64,000 nt of DNA from Chiloscyllium plagiosum (taxonomy: Eukaryota). Position numbers and translations under genes: made by a program. The stretch covers positions 9,309,323 to 9,373,322 of the forward strand of contig NC_057752.1 in NCBI RefSeq assembly GCF_004010195.1, in the 5' to 3' direction. The notes under the pieces were generated by a model. The model was not told the origin of the DNA. It searched no databases and was given only the letters and a program-made list of their open reading frames with translations. Positions 1 to 13,959 of the stretch are shown piece after piece; the first letter of the stretch is position 1, and each line of letters opens with the position of its first letter.

Positions 1-1480
1 TCGGTGACATGACGATAGGTGGATGCAGGTAGGAGGTGATTGGTTGGGGAGGGTGGAGTGGATAGGTGGGAAGGAAAATGGACAGGTAGGTCTGGTCGAG
101 AGTGTGATGCCAAGTTTGGAGGGTTGAATCTGGCATTGGTGAGGGTGGGGGGGAGATTTGGCAACTGGTGAAGTCAGTATCGATGTAGTTGAAGAGTCCC
201 AATGCGGAAGATGAGGTGTTCTTCCTCCAGTTGGTGGGTGGCTTTATTTGGCGGTGGAAAAGGCCCAGGATTTGCACATCCTTGGGGGAGTGTGAGGGAG
301 AGTTGAAGTGGTTGGCCACAGGACAGTGGGGTTGGTTGGTGAGTGCAGACTTGAGATGTTCCCTGAACTGCTCCGCAAGTTGGCATCCTGTCTCCCCAAT
401 GTAAAAGCGACCATATCAAGAGCAACGGGTGCAGTAAATGAGGTGGGAGGATGTACGAAAAAATCTCTCCTGAATTTGAAACGTTTCCTTGGGGCCTTGG
501 ATGGAGGTAAGGGATGAGGTGTGGGTGCAGGTTTCACACCTCGTGCGGCAGTCGGGGAAGGTGACAGGTGTGGAGGGTGGGTTGGTGGGAGGTGTGGACC
601 CAACTAGGGAGTTGTGGAGGGAATGGTTTCTGCAGAATGGGCAGCACGGTGGCACAGTGGTTAGCACTGCTGCCTCACAGCGCCAGAGACCCGGGTTCAA
701 TTCCCGCCTCAGGCGACTGACTGTGTGGAGTTTGCACGTTCTCCCCGTGTCTGCGTGGGTTTCCTCCGGGTGCTCCGGTTTCCTCCCACAGTCCAAAGAT
801 GTGCAGGTTAGGTGAATTGGCCATGCTAAATTGCCCGTAGTGTTAGGTAAGGGGTAAATGTAGGAGAATGGGGCTGGGTGGGTTACGCTTCGGCGGGTCG
901 GTGTGGACTTGTTGGGCCGAAGGGCCTGTTTCCACACTGTAGATAATCTAAATCTAATTCAAATTCAGAATGCTGATAGGAAGGGAGAGATAAATATATT
1001 TTTGGTGATGGGGTCGGAGTGTAAATGGTGAAAATAGTGGAGGATAATGCACTGTATCTAGAGACTCTTGGGTTGAAAGGTGAGGACAAGGGGGGTACTA
1101 TCCTTGTTGTGGTTGGGGGGTATTGTTCAAGTGACATGCAAGTCCTGGGCCATCTCCACTGACAAATCAAAGCCCCCCCAACCACCACCTCATCTCTGAT
1201 CCAACCTTCCAACTTGGCACTGCCCCCTTGACCTGACCTACCTGTCCATCTTCTTTCCCACCTATCCACTCCATCCTCCTCACTAACCTGTCATAGTCAT
1301 CACCTACCTGCATCCACCTATCGCCATTCTACTTAGCTTTCCCACTCCCACTGTCCTATTTATCTCTCAACCCCTTTCCCCCTCCACATTCATGATGAAC
1401 AGCTAATGCCTGAACGTCGACTCTCCTGCTCCTCGGATGCTGCCTGACCTGCTGTTCTTTTTCCAGTGCCATGCTTTTTG
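1..1480 (-). mobile_element. Penelope-like element (PLE) fragment, GIY-YIG region, with an inverted copy of its tail at about 1130-1480
   Basis: Minus frames give SSHLIYCTRCS, LYIGETG, PVANHFNSPSHS and LEEEHLIFRIGTLQ; 1195-1280 is an approximate reverse complement of 50-135. Confidence 0.85.
640..965 (+). mobile_element. tRNA-derived HE1-like SINE
   Basis: A box TGGCACAGTGG, B box GGTTCAATTCC, (TCTAA)n tail, TSD CAGAATG at 633-639 and 966-972; near-identical copies elsewhere in the window. Confidence 0.9.
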
Positions 1481-2064
1481 ACAGATGTTGCCAGACCAGC
1501 CAAGTTTCTCCAGAAATTTGTTTTTGTTTGTTATCTCTGTTTCTCTGGTTATCTGGTTTACACTATACAGTGCAGCCAATTGAGGAAAAATTGAGCACCT
1601 GGAGCCAGCTGCGTCTTAGTGTCACAATATTTATTAAGCAATTACTGCCCAATGCATCTCTAATATACACATTTGAACCAAATCCAACGGAACAGCTGCG
1701 AAGTTCCTGTGCATCATTCTTGCCAAAGTAGCATTAGTTTTGCAACAGAAGCCATCCATAATTTAGTGGTTTGATCACATTATAGTTGAGATGTTAAATG
1801 GTTTCTTCTTTGGTGTGCTAATTACATGAAGTTGAAAGAAGAGCGATGCAGTCAAATCACTGACTGGAACCAGATCATCTGTGCTGCTGATTAGAAGAAT
1901 TGACGTAACTCAATTCTTGCTTTGATTCAGTGTCTGTTTGCTATTGTAGTTGACTATATTTCAAAGAATCCTGTTTAACGGAGCCATTAATAAGATCTTC
2001 CAATCCCTCAGGAGATTGTTGGTAATGCAAGGATAATGTCTTGCTAAGTGATCTTTTCCAGTAT

Positions 2065-2235
2065 GGTTATTACTGACTGGCTAGCATTTATTGCCCATCC
2101 CTCGTTGCCCTCGAAGGGAGCTGCCTTCTTCGACCGTTGCAGTCCATTTGCTATAGGTCCACCCACAATGTTGTTGGGGAGGAAGTTCCAGACTTCTGAC
2201 TCAATGATGGTGAAAGGACAGTGATATGTTTCTTG
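2065..2235 (-). mobile_element. 3' tail fragment of the second LINE family
   Basis: Reverse complement matches 60300-60460 (GGACTGCA..GGTTCAAGAAGGCAGCT..GGCAAT). Confidence 0.65.
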
Positions 2236-2612
2236 TGAAACTACCATTCCTAGTTTGAATTTTTATCCTATTGAGACAAGAACCATTGAAATTTAGCATC
2301 TTCAAATTTCTTATCAATACTCCCTTTGGCCAAACATTTACAGCAGGCTTTACTTCAGCTTGACAAACTGCCAAAGTTCTAGATATATGAACCATTCTAG
2401 GTATTTGCAAACGTGGGCCTGGCATTTTACCCCCTTTCTACCAAACTATGGGGCCATAGATTAGTGACATGGGCATTTAGTTCAAATGTCACCAGAGCAG
2501 CCAATAAACCTTGACACAAATATCCTTTAATGTTGTTTCACTACCAATATTTTCATGAGTGTGTTGGACAATGCAGCTTGGCAAGTGAAATTGCTTTTGT
2601 ATTATTTATCAG

Positions 2613-2679
2613 GAGTCTGTGATTGAGACATCGAATCTTTGGAAAAGCTCTACTTACGAGAAACCAGGAAATAGTCAAG
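2613..2679 (+). CDS. LIMA1: LIMA1/EPLIN internal coding exon (67 nt, phase 0 to 1)
   Basis: Acceptor ttatttatcAG, donor G|GTGAGC; reads ESVIETSNLWKSSTYEKPGNSQ(V) and splices in frame to 3017. Confidence 0.75.
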
Positions 2680-3016
2680 GTGAGCCCCTCTGTTCTAAAT
2701 GTATGCCACATGCATTTCCTTCATGTTATGGGCATGCAGAGTTGCTCTAACACTTTTGGGTGGATGCAATGGTCCATGTGGCTTAGTTTTGCTTTCATTC
2801 ATTTTTGTCATATGTAATTTGAAGGTGAATGCATTATGTATATGTAAATCTATTTCCAACTACTAGAGGTTTCAATGCTGCATTTGCACTTCAAACGGAA
2901 CCAATGACAATCTCTTCATATCTGCACTAACAGCTTAAAATCACTCATTTGAAATAAGAGCTTGTAAATTGTTGGTTTGGGCTTAATTCATGCTTTTAAT
3001 CTTTTAAAATGAACAG

Positions 3017-3120
3017 TTAATGTGGAAAAAGAAGAAGGGACGCCAAAGCTTTCAACTCTGGGTATAAATCAACAGAGATCAACAGCAGAAATACAAAGTA
3101 GTCCAGCCAAATCTGTTAAG
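3017..3120 (+). CDS. LIMA1: LIMA1/EPLIN internal coding exon (104 nt, phase 1 to 0)
   Basis: Acceptor gaacAG, donor AAG|GTAAGT; reads NVEKEEGTPKLSTLGINQQRSTAEIQSSPAKSVK, resembling the SSPPKAMK stretch that precedes the human EPLIN LIM domain. Confidence 0.85.
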
Positions 3121-4839
3121 GTAAGTCATCAACTTGTTTGGTAATTCATGAATGTGATGCTCAACTTTACAAAGCTGAGGATTTACAGAAATAAAGTTGC
3201 ATTTCCCTTTTTGATATTTGTTTTCTCCTGTTGCTTTCTTCTGAAAGAGTTGATCCAGATTGTATTGTTGCCTATAGTTATAGCAGGGCTCCATAACTCC
3301 TCCCAAGTGACCATTCTTTGTGTGAACCTAGGAGTGGCAACCAAAGGATGGGTGGATTGAGGGTTGGAGAGAAAACAGTCCCAATAAGCGCAGACCTGAT
3401 TTCAGGCATTGCCATGGTCTCGTCTAAAGATATGTTGCTAGATGTGATCAAAAATGGGAACCCTACTTCTAAGTACTTATTTCTCGAGTCTGTGGTATCA
3501 CGTTTCTATTCCTTATTTAACTTTGTGTTGAAGGAAACTGGTGTCAGAGAGAGCTCCTTGTATTTGTATACTAAATGTCTTGGCGCCAGAAGTATAATAT
3601 TTTGAGTCTCCCAAATCTAATCACCAGAGCAAGAGAAGCTGCATTAAACAATGTAAATGGCCTGACTTATAAATGCTGCTCTCCCTCAATCTAAAATGAC
3701 AACCGCAACATGAAAACAGCTTGTATCTATTCACACAGCAGATGGCTAGCAGTGTAGATCTTTATCAGGCAGTGGGTGCTATGATTATAGAGTACGATGA
3801 GCTGATGTTTCATCTGTGGCTCCAGCTGATCTACAAGGAAGATGGCATTAGCTGGATCCGAGAGCAGGACCAAACAGGTATTGTTATCTTTTACAGGATT
3901 GAATAACTTCATTTACACGATGTCGACCCCGTTCTTAAAGGGGAAATGCAGTACCCAAGAATATACAATAAATATGCAATTCGAGGGCTGTGTCAAATGT
4001 TTTCCATTTAAAAACAATTCCGTATATTTTTTTTAAAAGCTTAATGTGCAGAATAATTTTTTTGGAGGAATTAAACTTGAAAATTTAGCTTTCAAAAATC
4101 AAGAGTTAAAAGAAAAGTTTGAAGAATTGTCTAAACCCTGGAACAATAGACCGATTCAATATGATTAAGCATGGTACTAGAACATATGTGTGGCATTTGT
4201 GTTGCTGTTTAGTATATTACTGTTTAATCCTATTTCTCTGCCTATTTTTCAGCTTCTACTTCCTGTTCCTGAAGTATCCCTTTTCTCTCTCTGCATTCCT
4301 CTGTCTCCAATATGAGGTTCTGTTTGCTCTTTTTTTTAAATAAAAGATTCTCAACTCCTTACACTTGTTTATGTGAACACAAAAATCTAAACTGATGTTG
4401 CCTGTGTCTGATCATAATTTACTTTTAAAATACATAACTTTTATCTGAGCAGTATTAATTAAAATCCAGTGTTTCTTGATTTGAGCCCAATGAGTGTATG
4501 TTGTTTTTGGGAAGGTAAATAGGATTAGCTTGTGCAAGTTTGTATTTGTATCATGATTCCCACTGGGTGTGAAATAATTGTGGGCATACTGCTTAACAGC
4601 ATGTGGAAGACCCAGTGGCAGGTGTCTATCAGTACTACTCTCTTTAAGGCTTGGAGAATTTGCAAGAGGCTACATTTTATCAATTTTCAATTGATTATGC
4701 CTATTCACTTTACTCCACTTTATTTTCTGCCTCCCCTTCCAAATCGCTAATCTTGCATTAGAATTTGACCTAAATTTATGTTTCCGAGGTGACTGATTTT
4801 AGAACATTGATATTATATATTGATCAGTAGCTTGGTGCA

Positions 4840-5010
4840 GTTGCCAGTGCCAAGAACGACACTTGGTAGCTTCATACATGCAGGATTTGCAGCAATAAAC
4901 TGCCCCTCAAGGGTTAGCCTTTTCAGCCATCAGCAAAAGTGTATCATATGAAGACCACCCCAACTGAAACAGATTGTCTGTCCATCATCCTTCATAGATG
5001 TGAGGAATCT
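4840..5010 (+). mobile_element. Possible RTE-type LINE 3' end remnant
   Basis: Degenerate, frameshifted C-terminal zinc-finger-like reading FICRICS...SRVSLFSHQQKC. Confidence 0.4.
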
Positions 5011-5179
5011 GGATTGGAGCTCTACACGAGGCCATGAAGGGGCATCACTTATCTCAGTTATTCACTGACTGCCAAAGTGCCTTTTTTCCAAGCTTCCTTG
5101 TTTTCCCTCTTCCAACTCCCATGCTATTAATTTACCTTTGAACAATAGTGTGTCGATATTGAGGAAACTCTTTGGAGAA

Positions 5180-6250
5180 AACTGGCAGATGGAGTTTAAT
5201 TTAGATAAGTGCAAGGTGTATCAGAGCAGGACTTCTACACTTAATGGTAGAGTCCTGGGAAGTGTTCTGAACAAGAGACCTTGTAGTGCAGGTTCATAGT
5301 TCCTTGAAAGTGGAGTCGCAGGTAGACAAGATGGTGAAGAGGATGTTTGGCCTTTTATTGGTCACTGCATCAAGTATAGGAGTTGGGAGGTCATGTTGCG
5401 GCTGTACAGGACATTGATTAGGCAATTTTTGAAATACTCCATTCAACTCTGGTCTCCCTGCTATAGGAAAGATGTTGTGAAACTTGAAAGGGTTCAGAAA
5501 AGATGTTTATAAGGATGTTGCCAGGATTGGAGGGTTTGAGTTACATGGAGAGGCTGAATCGGCTGGGGCTATTTTCCCTGCAGTGTCAGAGGCTGAGGGA
5601 TGACCTTTTTACAAAGGTTTATAAAATCCTAGAATCCCTACAGTGTGGAAGCAGGCCATTCCACCTATCGAGTCCATGCTGGCCCTCTGAAGAGCATTCC
5701 ACCCAGGCTCATCCCCTACTCAAACCCTGTAAACCCGCATTCCCATGGCTAATCCACCCAGCCTCTCATCCCTGGACTGTTGGAAGAAACCCACACCGAT
5801 ACTAGGAGAACACGTGGAGTTTGCACAGACAGTTGCCTATGTACTCGGGTCCCTGCTGCTGTGAAGCAGCAGTGCTGACCACTGAGTCACCATGCAGCCC
5901 ATCTGAGGGGCATGGATAGAGTGAATAGCCAAGGTGTCCTCCCCAGGGTAGGAGAGTCTGAAACTAGAGAGTGTAGGTTTAAGGTGAGGGGAAAGATATA
6001 AAAGGGACCTGAGGGGTAATTTTTTTCAAGCAGAAGGTGGTGTGTATATGGAATGAGCTGCCAGAGGAAGTGGTGGAGGCTGGTACAATTGCAACATTTA
6101 AAATGCATCTGGATGGGTATGTGAATAGGAAGGGTTTAGAGGGATATGGGCCAAATTCTGGCAAATGAGGCTAGACTAATTTAGAACATCTGGTCGGCAT
6201 GGATGAGTTGGACAAAAGGGTCTGTTTCTGTGTTTATAACTCTGATTCTA
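5180..6250 (+). mobile_element. CR1-type LINE 3' fragment, interrupted by a SINE
   Basis: WQMEFNLDKC, RMLPGLEGL and WNELPEEVVEAGTI motifs; similar to the reverse complement of 38430-39270. Confidence 0.9.
5630..5900 (-). mobile_element. Diverged HE1-like SINE inside CR1
   Basis: Minus strand starts GGGCTGCATGGTGACTCAGTGGTCAGCACTGCTGC; tail similar to other copies. Confidence 0.8.
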
Positions 6251-6446
6251 TAAAACATTGAAAACTAAATTGCTTAAGTACTTATCTCAAGTTTCTTACT
6301 TTCTCCAGGCCTGTTTTCTTACCATGATTTGTTTTGAATTAAAAATCTGTTTGAATTAATGCAACTGGTGTTGGTTAATTCCAACTCAAATGTTTTGTCA
6401 TGTTTTGAGAATGTCTCTTGCTGTCATTGCAGCTTGCATAAAGTGA

Positions 6447-6623
<177 letters not shown>

Positions 6624-7221
6624 TGAGGATTCTGGTTTCAGATGACCTTGGGTTCTGCATTATTCTTGGGTCCAATCGTTTTTGACTTGCAAACTATTTT
6701 GAGCTTGCTTTTGGATATGAAATGAGTAAATTTTGTTGAAAGCTTTCCAAAGTGTTCTTGCCCTGTAAACTGCTAACCCTCTCTCCCACACACCACCCCA
6801 CCCCCGAAACCAATAGCTTGATTAGTAAAAAGGCCATATGCAACCCAAACTGAGAAGGACGCTCCGTCTCTGGTTGATCCTCAGCAAGCAGCAGAACCCT
6901 GCACCTGACCTGCTGCTACTTGTGATTAATGCCACACTTTTCTCAGCAGAGGTTATTGATTCGTATCTAAGGAGTGAGAGTAAGATTTGTCATGCTGTGA
7001 TGTACCACCCATCCCTTGCCTATGCAGACAGCTGTCATTATCCAGACTGCTGGATTTCTTTTGCTAGGCATTTATCATTATTGTTATCCCACGATGGTAT
7101 CCAATAGACAAACAAGTCAGTATAATTACTTCGTAGAACATGAAAAACAAATTAATTTGCAGGATGGTACTCTGTACAACTGTGCACATTATAAATGACC
7201 AGCTGAAGCCTTCTGGTGTAA

Positions 7222-8298
<1,077 letters not shown>

Positions 8299-10200
8299 AT
8301 ACTGTGGGTGACTTACATGATATTTTAATTGGTGATTGGCCTTGTGGTTCATAGGTGTCAGCATCAGCTCCGAACTTCCTGTCGTAAAGTGGTTTATTCT
8401 AAGTACCTATATTGAATTGAGCTTTATATTGAAAATAAACATTAATTAAATTAGTTATATTGAGTGAGAAGCAAGAGATTGCTATTTTGTAGATTTTTTT
8501 AAAAATTGCTTAATGCACATGTATGTCTGAAATAGTACCTGTGTACACTTGCAATCCTTCTAATTCTCAAGCACTAGATAACCTCTGAAAAAGCTAGACT
8601 TTGCTTGGTTAGTTAGTTTCTTTTATGTTGACAGTTAAAAGAACAAGTATGGAATCATGGAAGGTAGTGAAGCACTAATGCAAGGAAATGTTTTTTCTGA
8701 TGCCATTTTTGTGTATCATCCATTATCTGGGCAGGGGAGATTGAGTTTCAAAAGACTGTGTGCTTTCAAAAAAAAAATCTAAAAGTTAGAACTAAATGCC
8801 ATCCCACATTGTATTCATACCACTCCTTTAAATGCTCCCTTCACATAACCTACCAATGTTTATCATATAAAAGATGTATTGAATTTTTCAAGAAATAATG
8901 GAAGCATTTAAGAACCAGAGTGTGTACACCTCAAATGGTAGTGGAGCAGAAAATGATACCTTAAGTTGAAAACAGCTTGGCATCTTCTATCTTGTTGCCA
9001 TCCACTTGCCTACACGTGAACCCAAGAATGGAAGTTTAATGAAGGCTATGCTGTACATGGTTCTGAGATTTAAAAAGTTCATTTGTTAGAATTCATTTGA
9101 TAACAATTTATTGGATTAAGGATGTTCAGCTGACAAGATAGGATGGTCCCTCCATTGCAGTAGCAGAGTGACAGATTTATCCTGAGTCTAACACTCTCCC
9201 AATTGCGTAGCTGCAAAGGTGATCCAAAAGTCCGAGGGAAGATTTGATACGTCAACCTTTTCTACAATTATGTAATCTTGTTGTTTCAAACATTAGAATA
9301 GTGTAACTAATCTCAGTAAGTTGAAAATGGAAGCATTAGAGTAATGCCACTTTACAACAATGTTATGAGCTGTAAACCTGACTTTAGTCTTCAAACATTG
9401 TAAATTCCTACTTTTGGCTTTATTCCTTACCCTTCAATGTTATTTTAGAATTTCTTGTGTATTACAGTATGATTTTATATGTGAAATTGTTTTTACATAT
9501 TGATAGCACATGAGAGACAAGATGCTGCTGAAAATAGTAATTTGACTTGATTATTACAATTTTAGATGGGATGGGTAATAAAGAATTGGGGTATACATTT
9601 GTGCTACGGTGTCTGGAACAATGCAACTTTAATCTTAATGTTAAAAACAAAAACACTGCACAATACTGAAATCTCTTCTCTGGTAGTGTTGGATATATTA
9701 CCTCTACAGCCTTCTGGCACCTGATTTGGTCTAAGGTGATTTAAGTAGCACAGGAAAAGTCATTCTTTTTATTGCAGCAGTCTTTATATTTAAATCATGT
9801 TTCGGTCTTTACCTACAGTTATGTGATGGCCCTGATGTTCAAATCAATCAATCAATCTCTCTCAAAACTCCTCATCTGTTAAGATGTGTGCAGCCAAAAG
9901 ATAAATTGAGATGTTAACCCATTAATCCAGGTTAGAGTCCAACCCAAGTCCTAGCAATAGGTGGAGAAATTACTGCTGTGTCCCTTGATCTCTTGTCCAT
10001 TGATTCTTGTGCAAAGAATCTAAGAGCAACTTAGAAACATGCAAAATAATTAAACGCAGAGAAGTTAACTATGTAATAAAAAGAATTACTTGACCAATGC
10101 TGGCTGTTGACTTTCTTTTCAGACTCTTTTACAATTGGATATGTTGTGATTTCTGTTTGGTACGTAATTAATAAACTCTTTAAAAGCTATTTGTGGAATA
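8299..10200 (+). promoter_or_regulatory. LIMA1: Probable LIMA1 3' UTR with candidate poly(A) signals
   Basis: AT-rich stretch with no recognisable repeats; AATAAA at 8434, 9577, 10075 and 10170, the last followed by GT/T-rich sequence. Confidence 0.5.
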
Positions 10201-12741
10201 ATCTTTATACTGTGTTCTATTTTGCATCCAATGAAACTAAATTAAGTGACAGAATTTGAGCATATGTGCACCACTGGGATAAGCCTGTTGGTAGTTTACA
10301 GTTTGTTTGGACCTGAAGATCATCAACACACTTCACATTATTCTACTTCAACCATAGGAATCGGTTTAATGTTTTTATGACTAAGATGCTCATCACTACT
10401 TTAATTTGTATTTAAACTTTGGATATACTGTTTATTCTTTTAAAAAAAAAACTGGATACTCTAAACACAATCTTTAAACAGTTTTTGTTGTTCTTGCACC
10501 ATTCCATTTTGATTTTGGACTTGTACAAATCTCTTTTAAGGAGGGAGATGCTTTATTTTTGGCAGTTTTGAATGCATGCCATGCATGCTTGTGTGCACTA
10601 TTCATGACAGCAGGCATGGTCAAATTTTTTCATGAGTTGAGGGGGAAGGCATTTCATAAAAATGACAGTTGCCATGACAGTAAACATGAATTTCTTCAAA
10701 CAAAATTCAAAAGCAGTAAATTGCTTTGTGAGTAATTAACAAAAATGGCTATTAAATTGTTAAATCGTAAAGTTTAATAATAAAGCCACTTTTGCCTTTT
10801 TGATTACAAAGCAGAGCTAGAAAGAAAAAGAATTCATCCCAACTAATGTTCACCCAGAAAGGGATTGGCAATTGGTGCCAAGCCATGAAGTTAGATTTAA
10901 ACCACACTAACCCTGGGTCACTTCTGGTGGGGCAAATTTGGAGCTGGCTTCAATGGAATTCAATAGAGAGTTGGAGTCGGAAATGATCTGACTTTCGGCC
11001 TCGGGTTTTCTCCTCTCAGCCTGCTTTCACACCTTTTCCCGCTCTCTGTCTCCCACATAATTATCCCTTCCTTTCTCACCCCTTCCCTCCCTCTCTATAT
11101 AGCCCCCCTCACTCTTGGGCTTCTTGCTCTATCTGTCTTACTTTGTCCCCTTAACTTTCTAAAAAAAAAAGTTCTCCATGGGAGACTCTGCTTCAAATAT
11201 TTCAACCAGCACTATTACCCCACCTGCAAACATTTTGTGTTGAAATGAGAGTGGCCAAGTATATTTTTCCCAGAGTGGCATAAATACAATATAGTGAAGG
11301 CCAGTGTCTTTAAAAGTAAAATGAATGAAAGAAAAATTAGTGGGAGAAACCTGGCAGCTTGACCATCATTACTTTCTCACAGCTTCCCTTCGCCATCAAT
11401 CCTTATGCTTTCTCCCCATGGTGTGACTCTCATCTCCTCCTCCTTCCACCTGCCCCCCCCTTCTCTATCTTCCCCCTTGTACTTCCCTTCCTCCCTCTCT
11501 CCTGCCCCAAAATTTTCTGCTGGTTGTAGCAGCACATATAAGAGAAAGGGTCTCAGTGGAGGAGCAGCTCTTGTAGTTGAAATTCTGGCTTCAAATAAAC
11601 AAAACAAATTGCTGAGAAACAATAAGTGCCACTTCACCTTTTTTTTCCTCTTGCTTATGATCCTTGTGTTGTTATCTGACTATTAATTGTGGGAACTTTA
11701 TAATTGAGCTGTAAATTGATCTAGCAGTAAATTTAGATGTTGGCCTATGGACTATAGGTTGGGCAATACCAAGACATTTTCCAAGCTATGGGAAAAGAGT
11801 GTAGAGTGCTAGGGCAATTTAGGATAGTTATTTTCAAAGATCTGGCACTAAAAGAGTGGACCAAATGGTTGCTTCTCTTTCCCACACCCTAATGTCTCAA
11901 AGATTTCCCATGTATTCTTTTGGCCACAACTAGTGGAATAAAACCAGAAAATGTGAAGAACTTAGCTGGATTGTGATGAGGACAAATCCTCCTCCACTGT
12001 TTAGTGTTGAGGGATTTTTGTGATTACTTGCGCAGTTGTTGTGATTCACATGTTTATCTTAGAGTGCAGCACTTACATAATAAATACCAGGTAATTATTG
12101 CCTCGTTACTATTAACAATTTGATACTTCAGAATTGGCTCCGAAAAATAAATGTAACTGATGTAATAGTTTGACTGACGTTTTGCATCTTTACGATAAAA
12201 TGCCATCTTCTTTTGGTTCTGAAAATCAGGAGTGGGCTGGAGAAGCTTTTTCTGCTTGTAAAAGGAGCAAGAACAAAAGGTCATAGATTTCAAGTGATGG
12301 TGCAAGCGAAGCAAGAGTGATGTGAGGGGAAAAAAAAATCACTTCTCCCCACAGTGAATAACTAGGGTATGGAATGCACTGCCTGGAAATGTGGTGGAGG
12401 CAGGTTCAGTTGAGACATTCAAGAGCCCCCAGTTTGTTATCAACCAGACCAGACCCCCTCAAAATATTTTAAGAAGGAAGCCTAGACTCTACCCTTTTCT
12501 GACTTTAAAGGCAGATGTGAAGTGCACATTCCAGATGTGATGCAGCTGGTCAAATTACTTCACGTTAAGCAAACCATAATTTATTTAAACACTATAGTTA
12601 AAATTATAAACAAATAGGAATTTAGAATAACTACCTGAAAACTTAACTGAATAATAGATATAGTACCCATTACTAATTAACTGTTCAAATATAGTAACAC
12701 CCCATAACTACACCCTTTGCACAAAGGCAGTCAGATGCAGA

Positions 12742-13083
12742 TTAGATTAGATTAGATTAGATTGGATTGGATTGGATTGGATTGGATTGGATTTGGAAAC
12801 AGGCCCTTCGACCCAACAAGTCCACACCGACCCGCCGAAGCGAAACCCACCTATACCCCTACATTTACTCCTTACCTAACACTACGGGCAATTTAGTATG
12901 GCCAATTCACCTAACCTGCACATCTTTGGACTGTGGGAGGAAACCGGAGCACCCGGAGGAAACCCACGCAGACACTGGGAGAACGTGCAAACTCCACACA
13001 ATCAGTCGCCTGAGGCGGGAAATGAACCCGGGTCTCTGGCGCTGTGAGGCAGCAGTGCTAACCACTGTGCCACCGTGCCGCCC
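12742..13083 (-). mobile_element. HE1-like SINE with (TTAGA)n/(TTGGA)n tail
   Basis: Reverse complement of 640-965. Confidence 0.92.
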
Positions 13084-13375
13084 ACAAATTCTTACATGCA
13101 TTCTCCAATCCAGGAGGGAAGAAACATCGAGAAAATTCCAGAGCAAGTAGCAGCCACTTCTGAGATTCAAACAGTTTCTGACTGTTAAACTGTTTTTTAA
13201 AGAAAAACTAGAAAGCCTGGTCTGAGAGCTGGCCACTCCCATTCAAACTACTTCTATTGTTCCAACTTTTGCTTTTTAAAAAAAAACCTGAAGGCCTCCT
13301 AAATTTTTTACTTGAGCCGTCTTCAGTACCCAGTTCGTCACCTCAGCCTTTACAACTTAAGACAAAATAACCTTT

Positions 13376-13623
13376 GGGTCGACCTGGACCCAATATACCA
13401 ACCACTACAGCGGACAGCTGAAACTGACAACCGGAAGCGGCAGGGACAGACCACTATAAACACCGGAGGAAACATCAAGGAAGCGCTTCGCAGGAGGCTC
13501 CCAAGCACTGATGATGTCGCCAAGCCAAGGGACGAAACGTTTGCAACAAAAACTTCCAGCTTGGCGAACAGAACCACAACAACGAGCACCCGAGCTACAA
13601 ATCTTCGCACAAACTTTGAACAC
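13376..13623 (+). mobile_element. PLE 3' fragment of a distinct family carrying a hammerhead motif
   Basis: VDLDPIYQPLQ reading, CTGATGA...GAAACGTT motif, flanking TAACCTTT at 13368-13375 and 13624-13631. Confidence 0.65.
13508..13541 (+). ncRNA. Minimal type I hammerhead ribozyme motif
   Basis: gca-CTGATGA-T-GTC...GAC-GAAA-CGTT-tgc: core boxes, stem II, ACGT palindrome, short stem I. Confidence 0.7.
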
Positions 13624-13959
13624 TAACCTTTTTAAAGTGTCGACATCGTTACACATTGGATAATCACTTGGATAGAAGTGGTGTGCAAGGGTATGGAAAA
13701 TTGGCACTAGGTAATGGTGCTCGTTTTCAGAGTTGGTACAGTCACAATGAGCAGAATAGCCTCCTCCTATGTCATAACAATTGAGAGATGTTGGAATGCT
13801 AAACCAGACTCTGTCAGGCACATTTCTCATTCTTCTAGTCCCTTAGCTTATCATTGAAGCTTAATCTTGCATGCAAAAATTAAATTCCATACAATTCTAT
13901 CTTATGGAATTTCTAGTGGTGTGATATGAGTTGGGGGGAGCTTAGTATATTTCTCATTT

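Larger units (their letters stand above)
12434..13652. mobile_element. Possible solo LTR inserted in a CR1 tail, hosting a SINE and a PLE fragment
   Basis: TGTTA...TTACA ends; CR1-like 3' sequence on both sides (12340-12424 and 13653-13780); no clear TSD. Confidence 0.35.

Noticed and set aside
640..720. tRNA gene calls from A/B boxes
   Set aside because: These are SINE heads followed by SINE body and tail
416..937. Recurring ORFs containing CGRKPEHPEETHADTGRTCKLH (also 12767, 21582, 50924, 52339)
   Set aside because: Antisense translations of SINE copies
11000..11520. Pyrimidine-rich tracts and ORF 11405-11686
   Set aside because: Low-complexity sequence without splice or homology support
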